A stretch of 64,000 nucleotides of DNA, from the NCBI GenBank assembly GCA_016186945.1, contig JACPKR010000072.1, positions 15,143 through 79,142 on the forward strand, in the 5' to 3' direction. The notes under the pieces were generated by a model that had not been told where the DNA came from, did no database searches, and worked only from the letters and a program-made list of their open reading frames with translations. Source of the stretch: Deltaproteobacteria bacterium. Its GTDB lineage: Bacteria; Bdellovibrionota_B; Oligoflexia; Oligoflexales; Bog-1112. The position numbers and the translations under genes were made by a program. Each line of letters starts with the position of its first letter. The stretch's first letter is position 1. Below are positions 8,592 through 17,463 of the stretch, piece after piece.

Positions 8592-11500
8592 ATGAAACCG
8601 GTCGGCGATATCGATTTTCCCAAGATGGAAGAAGCAATCCTCCAGTCTTGGCATGAAAAAGAGATTTTTCGCGCCCAGGATGAGCAAAGGAAGGATGCGC
8701 GGGAATTTTCCTTCTATGACGGCCCACCGTTTGCTAACGGTTTGCCACACTACGGTCACCTTCTGGCTAACACCATTAAAGATACGGTCCCCCGTTACTG
8801 GATCATGAAAGGCTACAAGATAAACCGCCGTTTTGGCTGGGACTGCCACGGTCTGCCGGTGGAATTCGAGATTGAAAAGAGGGAACAACTGAAGGGTCGG
8901 CCCGATATCCTTAAAATGGGGGTCGCGAAGTTTAACGACATCTGCAAGGAGTCCGTCCTTCACTACACTAACGAATGGCGAAGGACCATAACACGCTTGG
9001 GCCGTTGGGTAGATTGGAACGACCAGTACAGAACCATGGATCGCGACTATATGGAGTCTGTCTGGTGGGTTTTTGGTGAGTTGTATCGAAAAGGACTTGT
9101 CTACAAAGGATTCAAGGTTGTCCCTTACTCTCCGCGAACAACATCGGTCGTGTCAAATTTCGAAGCCAATCAGAATTATAAGGACGTTTCAGATCCCTCT
9201 GTCTTCATCAAATTCAAGATGAAAGGACGTGACGAATTTCTCGTAGGCTGGACGACGACACCCTGGACCCTTCCCTCGAACCTTGCCTTGGCCGTCAACG
9301 AGAAGGTGAACTACGTGCGTCTTTTGGAGAAGGCGACAGGTGATGTTTTAATCCTCGGAGAAGGGACGCAGAGGAACCTTTACAAGTATCCCGAAAACGA
9401 GCCACCTTTCGAAATTCTGGAAACCATCTCCGGGCAAAGCCTGCTGGGCCTTTCCTATGAACCACTGTTTGCCTATTTCAAAGATCAGCCCAATGCTTTC
9501 CGTGTTCTCCACGGAGACTATGTAGACACACAGGAAGGGACAGGAATTGTTCATCAGGCTCCTGCTTTTGGTGAAGACGATTTCTTCAATTGTAAATCCA
9601 ACGGAATTGACTTGGTCGATCCCATCAACGAAACGGGTCACTTCACTAACGCTACTCCCGACTTGGAGAATCTGTACTTCAAGGATGCAGATAAGACCGT
9701 TTGCAAGATCTTGAAAGACAAGGGTCTGCTCCTGAGGCAGACGACTCTAGTTCATAGTTACCCGTTCGATGAACGGACGGATACACCGCTCATGTATAAA
9801 GCGGTCCCTTCCTGGTATGTTGCGGTCGAGAAGTTTAGCGACCGGCTCCAGGCCAATAATGAAACGATTAACTGGGTCCCTTCCCACATCCGAAGCGGGC
9901 GTATGGGATCGTGGCTCGCCAACGCAAGGGATTGGGCCATCAGCCGCAATCGTTTCTGGGGAACCCCGCTCCCAGTTTGGGTATGTCGGAATCAGGCAGA
10001 TCACGTGCAGGTGTTCTCTTCTATTGCAGAGCTGGAGAAAAAAGCAGGACGTTCCCTGGAAGACATCCACCTTCAGCACATCAGTAAGCTCACTTTAAAA
10101 TGTGAGGAGTGTGCGGGAACGATGCACAGTGAAAACCTCGTCTTTGACTGCTGGTTCGAGTCAGGCTCGATGCCTTACGCTCAACTGCATTATCCTTTTC
10201 AGGCAAAGGAAAGGTTTGCGAGTGTGTTTCCAGCGGACTTTGTGGCAGAGGGAATCGACCAAACACGCGGGTGGTTTTATGTGCTCAATGTGCTGTCCAC
10301 CGCTCTCTTTGATAAGCCAGCGTTTAAGAATGTGATCGTCAACGGGGTCATTCTCGATAGTTCCGGTAAAAAAATGTCGAAGCGGCACCGTAACTACACG
10401 GCCCCAGACATGCTGTTTGAAAAGTATGGGGCCGACAGTGTGCGCCTTTACATGCTCAATTCTCAATTGCTCCGAGCGGAAGATCTGAGTTTCACCGATG
10501 ACGGAGTCAAGGACGTCACCCGCAAAGTATTGTTGCCTCTGTGGAATGCGTGCTCTTTCCTGACAACTTATGCTCATGCGGATGGATGGGGACCTGGAGC
10601 AGATCTTGAATCCGGGAATATTCCCAAGGTAACAAATGAGATGGATAGGTGGATACTTTCACGCCTTGAATCGCTTTTGACGTCTGTAGAAGAGCACATG
10701 GCAGCTTACAAGCTTTATCTTGTGGTTCCTGAGGTCGTGGAGTTTATCGACGATCTGACCAACTGGTATATTCGTTTGAGTCGCAGACGTTTTTGGGGAA
10801 CGGATGTTCATGGTGCAAAGAACGACCAGGAACAGGCGTTTTCGACGCTATATTTTGTGTTGTTGGAGTTTTCAAAGATTTTTGCTCCCTTTGCTCCTTT
10901 CCTTTCTGACAGGGTGTTTCAAGTGTTAACTGAGGGTTTTGAAAAAGAGAAAATCTCGGTTCACCTCTGTACTTTGCCACACTATAAGGCAGAATTGCGC
11001 GATGAGAAGCTTGAGGAACGGATGGAACTTTTGCGCAGGGTGGTGACGCAGGGGCGTTCTCTACGGCAGCAACATAAGGTTAAAATAAGGCAAGTTTTGC
11101 CTACCTTAACGGTGATCACGAAGGATAAGGCTGATAAAAAAGTGATCGAAGACGGAACAGAGCTGCTTAAGGGTGAATTGAATGTGAAACGCATTGTGTT
11201 CACGACAGAGGAGAGTGAGCATGTACGCCTTTCGTTACGACCGAATTTGAGAAGCCTGGGCGTCCGCTTTGGTGCCAGGTTGAAGGACTTTGCGAAAACG
11301 ATTGCAGAACTGAACAAATCTCCTGAAAAAATCGAGGAGATGGTGAGCATTTTGGAAAGCGGAAAGTCCCTATCCATGCTTGGAGATGCTCTGAGTGAGG
11401 GAGATTTTCTGATTGATCGACAGGCGAAAGATGAACGTTTGATAGCGACCGAAAAAGGAGTGACTATCCTTCTTGACACCCACCTGACGGATGAGCTGAT

Positions 11501-11774
11501 TGCAGAGGGTTTTGCGAGGGAACTTGTCAATCGTATTCAGAATCTTCGCAAAAGCAGTGGGCTTTCTGTGTCTGATCGCATTGACCTGCAAATCGTGGCA
11601 CCGAAAAAGATGGCCGAAGCTGTGAAATATCACAGACAGTACATACTGGAAGAGACTCTCGGGAAGCAGCTTGAAATCTTTTCCGATGGAGGCGACTGTT
11701 CCCTGAAATTTGTAGAGAGTTACCAGATCGACAATATTCCCTGTATAATTGCCTTAGAGGTTGTAAAAAGCTAG
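8592..11774 (+). CDS. ileS: Isoleucine--tRNA ligase, type 2
   Basis: DGPPFANGLPHYGH, GWDCHGLP, WTTTPWTLP, CWFESGSMPYAQ, KMSKR; 1060 aa with IleRS2-type C-terminus. Confidence 0.97.
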   Translation: MKPVGDIDFPKMEEAILQSWHEKEIFRAQDEQRKDAREFSFYDGPPFANGLPHYGHLLANTIKDTVPRYWIMKGYKINRRFGWDCHGLPVEFEIEKREQLKGRPDILKMGVAKFNDICKESVLHYTNEWRRTITRLGRWVDWNDQYRTMDRDYMESVWWVFGELYRKGLVYKGFKVVPYSPRTTSVVSNFEANQNYKDVSDPSVFIKFKMKGRDEFLVGWTTTPWTLPSNLALAVNEKVNYVRLLEKATGDVLILGEGTQRNLYKYPENEPPFEILETISGQSLLGLSYEPLFAYFKDQPNAFRVLHGDYVDTQEGTGIVHQAPAFGEDDFFNCKSNGIDLVDPINETGHFTNATPDLENLYFKDADKTVCKILKDKGLLLRQTTLVHSYPFDERTDTPLMYKAVPSWYVAVEKFSDRLQANNETINWVPSHIRSGRMGSWLANARDWAISRNRFWGTPLPVWVCRNQADHVQVFSSIAELEKKAGRSLEDIHLQHISKLTLKCEECAGTMHSENLVFDCWFESGSMPYAQLHYPFQAKERFASVFPADFVAEGIDQTRGWFYVLNVLSTALFDKPAFKNVIVNGVILDSSGKKMSKRHRNYTAPDMLFEKYGADSVRLYMLNSQLLRAEDLSFTDDGVKDVTRKVLLPLWNACSFLTTYAHADGWGPGADLESGNIPKVTNEMDRWILSRLESLLTSVEEHMAAYKLYLVVPEVVEFIDDLTNWYIRLSRRRFWGTDVHGAKNDQEQAFSTLYFVLLEFSKIFAPFAPFLSDRVFQVLTEGFEKEKISVHLCTLPHYKAELRDEKLEERMELLRRVVTQGRSLRQQHKVKIRQVLPTLTVITKDKADKKVIEDGTELLKGELNVKRIVFTTEESEHVRLSLRPNLRSLGVRFGARLKDFAKTIAELNKSPEKIEEMVSILESGKSLSMLGDALSEGDFLIDRQAKDERLIATEKGVTILLDTHLTDELIAEGFARELVNRIQNLRKSSGLSVSDRIDLQIVAPKKMAEAVKYHRQYILEETLGKQLEIFSDGGDCSLKFVESYQIDNIPCIIALEVVKS

Positions 11775-11828
11775 CAGCAGGGGACCATGCGTAATCCACG
11801 GGTCGCAAGGAGGTCGCTCCCTTTCATT

Positions 11829-11857
11829 GTCATCTCGCGGCTTGACCGCGGGATCCA
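11829..11857. repeat. REP/RPE4-like palindromic element
   Basis: GTCATCTCGCGGCTTGACCGCGGGATCCA: ATCTCGCGG/CCGCGGGAT stem preceded by GTC, intergenic between ileS and the aminopeptidase gene. Confidence 0.75.
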
Positions 11858-11867
11858 AGTTTCCTCC

Positions 11868-12914
11868 ATGAGACCTCTTGGCCTGCGGGCGATTCGCGTG
11901 TTCCTTCTTTTTTCGGCAACTTTTTTGTCGTCAGCCTGTTATGTTCTCAAGAATGCCTATCATTTCACGGAACTTTATAAATCTCGCCAGTCGATCGAAG
12001 ATGTATTAGCGGATGAAAAAACATCTGAGCGCACTAAGGAAAAACTGCGCCTTGTTCAGGACATTCTGCTTTTTGCCAGACAGGAAGAGTTGAATACCAG
12101 TGGGTCCTACAGAGACTTTATTGACCTTGGGGAACGTTCTGTGGTCAGTTATCTCGTGCAGGCAGCGGAAGTAGATCAGTTGAAGCTGGTGACCTGGTGG
12201 TTTCCTGTCGTGGGTGCAGTCCCTTACCTGGGGTATTTCCAGCAGGAGGAGCGGGACAGGAAGGTAGAGAAGCTAAAGGGGAAGGGCTATGATGTCTTCG
12301 CTTCGGAAGTCGATGCGTTTTCCGGTCTGGGTTGGTTCTCTGATCCGATTTTCAGCACTTTTCTTGAGAAGCGAGAGTCGTCTCTAGCCAATTTGTTATT
12401 TCACGAACTTACTCACGCGACGCTTTGGGTTGCTGGGGATGTTACCTTTAATGAGAACCTGGCAAGTTACGTGGCCGATATTTTGACAATCCAGTATTTA
12501 GAGCGTAGAAGCTACGCTGAGGATCTGGTGTTCTATAGAAATAAGGAGGCAGACTTCACTCTTTTCTCAGCATGGCTCAGTACCTTACGCGCAGAACTTG
12601 AGGTGCTCTATGGGTCGAGAGGAGATATGTCTTTATCCCAGCTCTTAGTGAAGAAGGAAGAAGTATTCTCTTCCTTTCTAAAAGAAAGACGTCCGCGTTT
12701 TCGGACGATTGATTTTATTGGCGATGGGCCTTGGAATAATGCGACTGTTTTGGCAGTTAATTTATATACACCAGAGACGGAACGGTTTCAGAGAGCGCAT
12801 GCCTGTGTAGGTAAGGTTAGCGTGGGTACCCTGCTGAGGGCGATCGAAAAAGCGCTGGACAAGGTGAAACAGCCCTTCGCGGCGTTGGACAGCCTCTGCT
12901 CGATTCGGAGTTGA
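11868..12914 (+). CDS. Zinc-dependent aminopeptidase lipoprotein (Aminopep/DUF2265-like)
   Basis: Lipobox LSSAC; WWFPVVGAVPYLGYF, GWFSDP and HELTH…FNE motifs. Confidence 0.85.
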   Translation: MRPLGLRAIRVFLLFSATFLSSACYVLKNAYHFTELYKSRQSIEDVLADEKTSERTKEKLRLVQDILLFARQEELNTSGSYRDFIDLGERSVVSYLVQAAEVDQLKLVTWWFPVVGAVPYLGYFQQEERDRKVEKLKGKGYDVFASEVDAFSGLGWFSDPIFSTFLEKRESSLANLLFHELTHATLWVAGDVTFNENLASYVADILTIQYLERRSYAEDLVFYRNKEADFTLFSAWLSTLRAELEVLYGSRGDMSLSQLLVKKEEVFSSFLKERRPRFRTIDFIGDGPWNNATVLAVNLYTPETERFQRAHACVGKVSVGTLLRAIEKALDKVKQPFAALDSLCSIRS

Positions 12915-12918
12915 AGCG

Positions 12919-14286
12919 ATGAGAACGGAACCACTTGAAATCTTGGATCCTTCACAGATTCGATCGTATTTGGAAATGCGTGACTTTCGCAAGCTTCGCT
13001 TACTATTTAAAGAGCACGAGATCGCTGACGTCGCAGAGCTGTTTTCTCAGCTTGAGTTAACCGAGTCTATTGCTTTGTTTCGACTGGTCCCTAGGGACAA
13101 ACGGGCGGGTCTGTTTTCGGAACTTGAGTTTGAGAGACAGAAGGAACTGATTCAGGAGTTACCTGACATTATTGTGACTTCTTTTCTGGACGAGATGGAC
13201 CCGGATGACCGCACGAGATTATTTGAAGAGTTACCGGAGGAATTGCGGGATCTCATCCTGCAAAAACTTAGCCCTGAGGAAAGACGGGTTGCCAAGAAAC
13301 TTCTCAGCTACCCTGAAGATTCCGTTGGGCGGCTGATGACACCAGACTTCCTGACTCTCAAGGAAACTATGACAGTTTCTCAGGCTATGCAGTTCATCCA
13401 CTGGAGCACAGCATTACCTGAGGAATTTTTGAATTACCTCTTCGTTACTGGGGACGATGGAACCCTGATCGGGGAAGTCAGTTTGGCATCTCTTGTCCTA
13501 TGCGATCCACCTCGGATGCGCATTAATGAAATTATGAAAAAAAGCAGGATTTTCCTCAGTCCTTTCGATGAAGCTCAGCGAGCGGTTGACCTGTTCAGGA
13601 AATATGACAACCCCTATATTCCCGTAGTGGATACGAACAAAAAAATCATAGGTATCGTTACGGCAGACGATGTTTTCGACGTTGCTGAAGAAGAAGCGAC
13701 GGAAGATATCCATCAGTTCGGTGGTCAGGGGGCTTTAGAGGATTCCTACTTTAATACTCCTTTTTTTACGATGTTTCGCAAACGTGCCGGCGCGCTTGCG
13801 ATCTTGTTTGTCAGCGGTTTTCTGACGTCAGAAACTCTGCAGGTCTATCACGATACTTTGACGCATTGGGGCTTTCTCTCATTCTTTATCCCGCTGATCA
13901 TTGCGTCGGGTGGTAATTCGGGAACTCAGGCTGCCTCCCTCATCATACGGGGTTTGGCAATCAGCGAATTTGAAGACAAGGACAGTTGGCGAATCTTGCG
14001 GAATGAAATTTTGATAGGTCTGACTCTTGGCATTTTTCTAGCCGTGCTTTGGTACTTGCGTGCCTATTTTACGGAACTGAGTGCCGAGGTAACTTTTGTA
14101 GTGGGAGTTTCCATTATTGGTGTTGTCTTGTTCGGAGTCATTTCAGGCGCGATGCTCCCCTTTCTTTTTCGTCTGATGAAACTTGACCCCGCTGTTGTTT
14201 CCTCACCTTTCATTTCTACTCTTGTGGATGTTATGGGCATCTTGATCTTCCTGAACATTGCCATCTGGGTATTCAAGATTCCTTAG
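12919..14286 (+). CDS. mgtE: Magnesium transporter MgtE
   Basis: MgtE N-domain, YPEDSVGRLMTPD CBS pair, SGGNSGTQA and DPAVVSSPFISTLVD. Confidence 0.97.
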   Translation: MRTEPLEILDPSQIRSYLEMRDFRKLRLLFKEHEIADVAELFSQLELTESIALFRLVPRDKRAGLFSELEFERQKELIQELPDIIVTSFLDEMDPDDRTRLFEELPEELRDLILQKLSPEERRVAKKLLSYPEDSVGRLMTPDFLTLKETMTVSQAMQFIHWSTALPEEFLNYLFVTGDDGTLIGEVSLASLVLCDPPRMRINEIMKKSRIFLSPFDEAQRAVDLFRKYDNPYIPVVDTNKKIIGIVTADDVFDVAEEEATEDIHQFGGQGALEDSYFNTPFFTMFRKRAGALAILFVSGFLTSETLQVYHDTLTHWGFLSFFIPLIIASGGNSGTQAASLIIRGLAISEFEDKDSWRILRNEILIGLTLGIFLAVLWYLRAYFTELSAEVTFVVGVSIIGVVLFGVISGAMLPFLFRLMKLDPAVVSSPFISTLVDVMGILIFLNIAIWVFKIP

Positions 14287-14322
14287 CGCTTGATTACAAC
14301 ACGTACGTATCTGGAGTTCAAC

Positions 14323-14356
14323 TTCCCCTCCACACCTCCCCCAAAAAACTTTAGAT
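14323..14356 (+). repeat. Fragment of the dispersed REPIN/MITE-like repeat (copy 2)
   Basis: TTCCCCTCCACACCTCCCCCAAAAAACTTTAGAT matches 24304-24338 except for one fewer C. Confidence 0.9.
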
Positions 14357-15553
14357 TTTGCGTTCGACCAACAGCCCTTGCAAAAAACTTGCGGAATTTG
14401 AACTCCATCCGAGTGCTTCTTTTTCTCTTATCACTGGTCCCGAAGGGTAAAGTAAAAAAGCTGGAACCTTCAGTTTCTGTGCATAATATCTTAAGCCTAC
14501 CGGCCAACTCTGCGGGCTTGACTTGCATTCGATGAGAGCCAGGGGCCGCAAATTTCGGGTGATAACGAAATCCACTTCGCGTCGGTCTTGATCTCTTAAA
14601 AAGCAAAGCTCGTAACGACCATACCCTTGTTCAGACCATGCTGAACAGGCGAGAGCCAGTTGGATTGCCATGTAATTTTCAAAACAAGCCCCTTTATCTT
14701 CGCAAAAACTCCATTGTTCAAAATACCACTTTGCTTCCTTCTTAACAGCTCGGTGTATTTTCCGGTGGAAGGGATAAATACGCAAACCGAGAAACAATGT
14801 TTCGAAAAGCCGCAGCCACGTTCTGACGGCAACCGGACTGACTTCAATATCTTCGGATAAAGCCTGAAGGGAGAGCGGTGATCCAACGCGTTCAGGAAGC
14901 AAACGTGCAAGCATCTCCATTTTGTCTAGGCGTTGGACCAAACTGAAATCCCGAACATCTTCGCGTATCAAACGATCAAGATATTGATCTTGCCAGCGTC
15001 TGGCCTTTTGCTCACTAGCCCCTAAAAAAGGAATGGGGAAGCCACCAAGCTGAATGAGATCTTCATCGGAGATTTTAGACGAACTATCCGGCTCCCAGTG
15101 TTGCCAATCACGAGGTGCAGCAAGAATGTTTGAACCTAAAGATGACGTTTCGTCAAATGAAAACGGCCAGAGCTTAAAACTGTTGTAACGTCCTTGTAAA
15201 CTGTCACCGCCTCTCTGGTACTGGTCAAAACGCCCCGAACCTGTGACTATGAAATTTTCCTGCCGAGTGGACGAGTCATAATAACCTTTCAGAATTTTTT
15301 TCCAATCCTTGCGCTTATGAATTTCATCAAAAACGACCATCTTGTGTTCACTACGAAAAAAATATGGTTCTTTTACGTAGGACTTTTTGACTTCTACGGT
15401 ATCCCAGTTGAAATATGCCGCTCCTGTTAGTTGGGTCGTCAACCAGGTTTTGCCGACTTGACGCGCCCCTGTTAGGAAAACCATGGGACGAGGAACGAAA
15501 ATTTTTTCTCTTAACTCTTGAAAGGCTAAATTCTCTAAGGCCCTTTTAACCAT
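14351..15553 (-). CDS. AAA_14 ATPase with DUF4143 (PD-(D/E)xK-like) C-terminal domain
   Basis: GARQVGKT, VVFDEIH, VTGSG, DSLQGR and EVDF…IECK; ATG at 15553 preceded by GAGGA. Confidence 0.9.
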   Translation of the reverse strand: MVKRALENLAFQELREKIFVPRPMVFLTGARQVGKTWLTTQLTGAAYFNWDTVEVKKSYVKEPYFFRSEHKMVVFDEIHKRKDWKKILKGYYDSSTRQENFIVTGSGRFDQYQRGGDSLQGRYNSFKLWPFSFDETSSLGSNILAAPRDWQHWEPDSSSKISDEDLIQLGGFPIPFLGASEQKARRWQDQYLDRLIREDVRDFSLVQRLDKMEMLARLLPERVGSPLSLQALSEDIEVSPVAVRTWLRLFETLFLGLRIYPFHRKIHRAVKKEAKWYFEQWSFCEDKGACFENYMAIQLALACSAWSEQGYGRYELCFLRDQDRREVDFVITRNLRPLALIECKSSPQSWPVGLRYYAQKLKVPAFLLYPSGPVIREKEALGWSSNSASFLQGLLVERKI

Positions 15554-15563
15554 GGATAATCCT

Positions 15564-15629
15564 CGCGTAAAACAGATGTTCATATCTATTTTACGCGCGT
15601 AGAACCAATATGTACATCGTTTTCACGAC
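15564..15629. promoter_or_regulatory. Tandem imperfect palindromes upstream of the AAA-DUF4143 gene (putative operator)
   Basis: CGCGTAAAA…TTTTACGCG at 15564-15597 and a 22/34-identical second unit at 15596-15629. Confidence 0.55.
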
Positions 15630-15637
15630 ACATTGGT

Positions 15638-15779
15638 AATGCGTAAGCCACTTGGGGCAAGGAGGTGGTTTGGAGGAAACTGCGCAGCTGGTTCCTCCAA
15701 GAAATCCCTTGGTGGAGCGACGGTTCCCTCGCCCCCCCAAAACCCCCCCCCCCCATTTTCCCCAAGTGGCTTACGCATT
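15638..15779. mobile_element. MITE-like element with perfect 20-bp terminal inverted repeats and two internal hairpins
   Basis: AATGCGTAAGCCACTTGGGG (15638-57) and CCCCAAGTGGCTTACGCATT (15760-79); no ORF; no target-site duplication seen. Confidence 0.7.
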
Positions 15780-15811
15780 GAGAAGCAATCCCCCGAAGCT
15801 CGACCGGAATA

Positions 15812-16474
15812 TTAATATGCTAGGATTCCCATTCCTAACTGTAGGGCACCGAGTACGAGAGCGACCGAAGTCATCGCTAGTGCTTTTGCGTTGTATTTTT
15901 TAATGGCATCACCTGTATCAAGAATAACCCCTCTTAAGGAATAACCCATGGCCACACTATTAGAAAGAGCTGCGACAATAGTCACGGGCAGTTTCGCCAA
16001 GAGTAGAGCCTCTCTTTCGGGGGGAGTTCTACACTCCGGGTTGGAAAAAGAAGAAAAAGGCCCAATGGATGGTAACACACTTAAGGTATTGAAAAGTAGA
16101 TTAAAACCCAGGATAAAGGCCAGAGGAGCATTAGGGAAAACGATGGAATGCGTGGCAAAAGCAGCACTGACTGCCAACAATGTAGCTCCCACTGCACAAC
16201 CATCGAAGACGCTTGAGATGATTTGAGGCGTCATCCAACACTCAGTAGGCCACTCAGAATAAGCATCCAAGGGCGGACAAAAGTGTACGCCTGGATTTTG
16301 TTCTTTCAACTTCGTACCTGCACAAGTCGGACTATCCCCGCATTCTTGACACATCACGGTACAATTATAATTACCCGGTTGAGAAACTTGAGCACCGTCA
16401 CTTGCAAAGGCAACGGCGCCAAACTGAAAAAATGCGCTTATGATAAGTGTTTTATGCATTGCCATTATCTCCAT
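15812..16474 (-). CDS. Hypothetical membrane protein (signal peptide, Cys-rich ectodomain, about 4 TM)
   Basis: 220-aa ORF; AFA signal cleavage site, six clustered Cys, four hydrophobic segments; exact start Met uncertain. Confidence 0.7.
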   Translation of the reverse strand: MEIMAMHKTLIISAFFQFGAVAFASDGAQVSQPGNYNCTVMCQECGDSPTCAGTKLKEQNPGVHFCPPLDAYSEWPTECWMTPQIISSVFDGCAVGATLLAVSAAFATHSIVFPNAPLAFILGFNLLFNTLSVLPSIGPFSSFSNPECRTPPEREALLLAKLPVTIVAALSNSVAMGYSLRGVILDTGDAIKKYNAKALAMTSVALVLGALQLGMGILAY

Positions 16475-16623
16475 TTCTTAAATCAGTTCGGGTTGAATAT
16501 AAGAAAATAAAAGTAATTTACAAGGAATTAGTGAAACTGTTGAGCGTTTGGTTTTGAGTTGACGTCCTTCTATCTCTGATCTAAAACGGGGAACACCACG
16601 GATGATTTTTCACGGTAGGGTTT

Positions 16624-17343
16624 ATGAAATTCTTAATTTTAAGCCTCTTCTTTATTGTGTTATTCTCTCTTACTTCTCTTGGACAATCAAAGGTGCCTGA
16701 AAGTTTTGACAGGTTTCACACCAATTTTTTCTTTTGTTTCGACGGATATTGCCCCATTCTCGGAGGGTTTGAAGCGCAGCCTGACGATGCGAATGCAGTG
16801 AGAAATTACTTGCGAGAGACTTTAGGGCCGGAATGTGATTTTGGCGTTGTCGTTGCACCTGGAACATTGACCAATGGCTATCGTTTGAGTTGGAGTGAAT
16901 TGGGGGTTGACGACAATACGCCAATCAAGGCATCCCCGCTCTGGAGGATCGACAGCGGAAAAGTCATTGTCAAATACGATGCGCACGGTATCGGTACGGT
17001 TCAGGAGAGGATGGAAGGAATACAGCAATGCTTGGCGAAACCCGAAAATGAAAAAAAGGTTAGCTTGTTTTTGAAGGATAGGGCAGCGGGAGCTTTATGG
17101 GGAAGAATGGCAGCGATTGGAGGACTTGTTGTCGCGTCTTTAGCTAGCTTTTATATCGTTTTTCAGATGTTTTGTGACCTTCAATTCAACCTCATTCGCC
17201 GCTGCGGAAGTTATTGCACTAATTGTTTAGGGCGCAGTTCTCGCCGAATTGACGTCGTTCCTCCGTCCGCTCCTCCGCCCTATCTAGCCCCCGCAGGCGT
17301 TGTGCCTGCGGCCTCGCTGGAGATGTTGGAAAAGATGCCGTAA
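16624..17343 (+). CDS. Hypothetical single-pass membrane protein with PSAPPPY tail
   Basis: Signal peptide MKFLILSLFF…; TM IGGLVVASLASFYIVF; Cys-rich juxtamembrane segment; PPSAPPPY. Confidence 0.75.
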   Translation: MKFLILSLFFIVLFSLTSLGQSKVPESFDRFHTNFFFCFDGYCPILGGFEAQPDDANAVRNYLRETLGPECDFGVVVAPGTLTNGYRLSWSELGVDDNTPIKASPLWRIDSGKVIVKYDAHGIGTVQERMEGIQQCLAKPENEKKVSLFLKDRAAGALWGRMAAIGGLVVASLASFYIVFQMFCDLQFNLIRRCGSYCTNCLGRSSRRIDVVPPSAPPPYLAPAGVVPAASLEMLEKMP

Positions 17344-17390
17344 TTATAAGCGAATCTTTGTCACCGAAAGATATTTGATCGGTGATCGGC

Positions 17391-17419
17391 TTGATTTTTC
17401 AGAGACGACTAGATATAAT
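17391..17419 (+). promoter_or_regulatory. Sigma70-type promoter
   Basis: TTGATT-N17-TATAAT, 44 bp upstream of the 17464 ORF. Confidence 0.6.
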
Positions 17420-17463
17420 TTTACCTACATCATACATAAGGACATAATAAAAAGGAAAATGAA

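Noticed and set aside
8586-11808. Many antisense/alternate-frame ORFs over ileS (and similarly over sdh, dcw, atp and dnaA)
   Set aside because: Shadow ORFs of well-supported conserved genes
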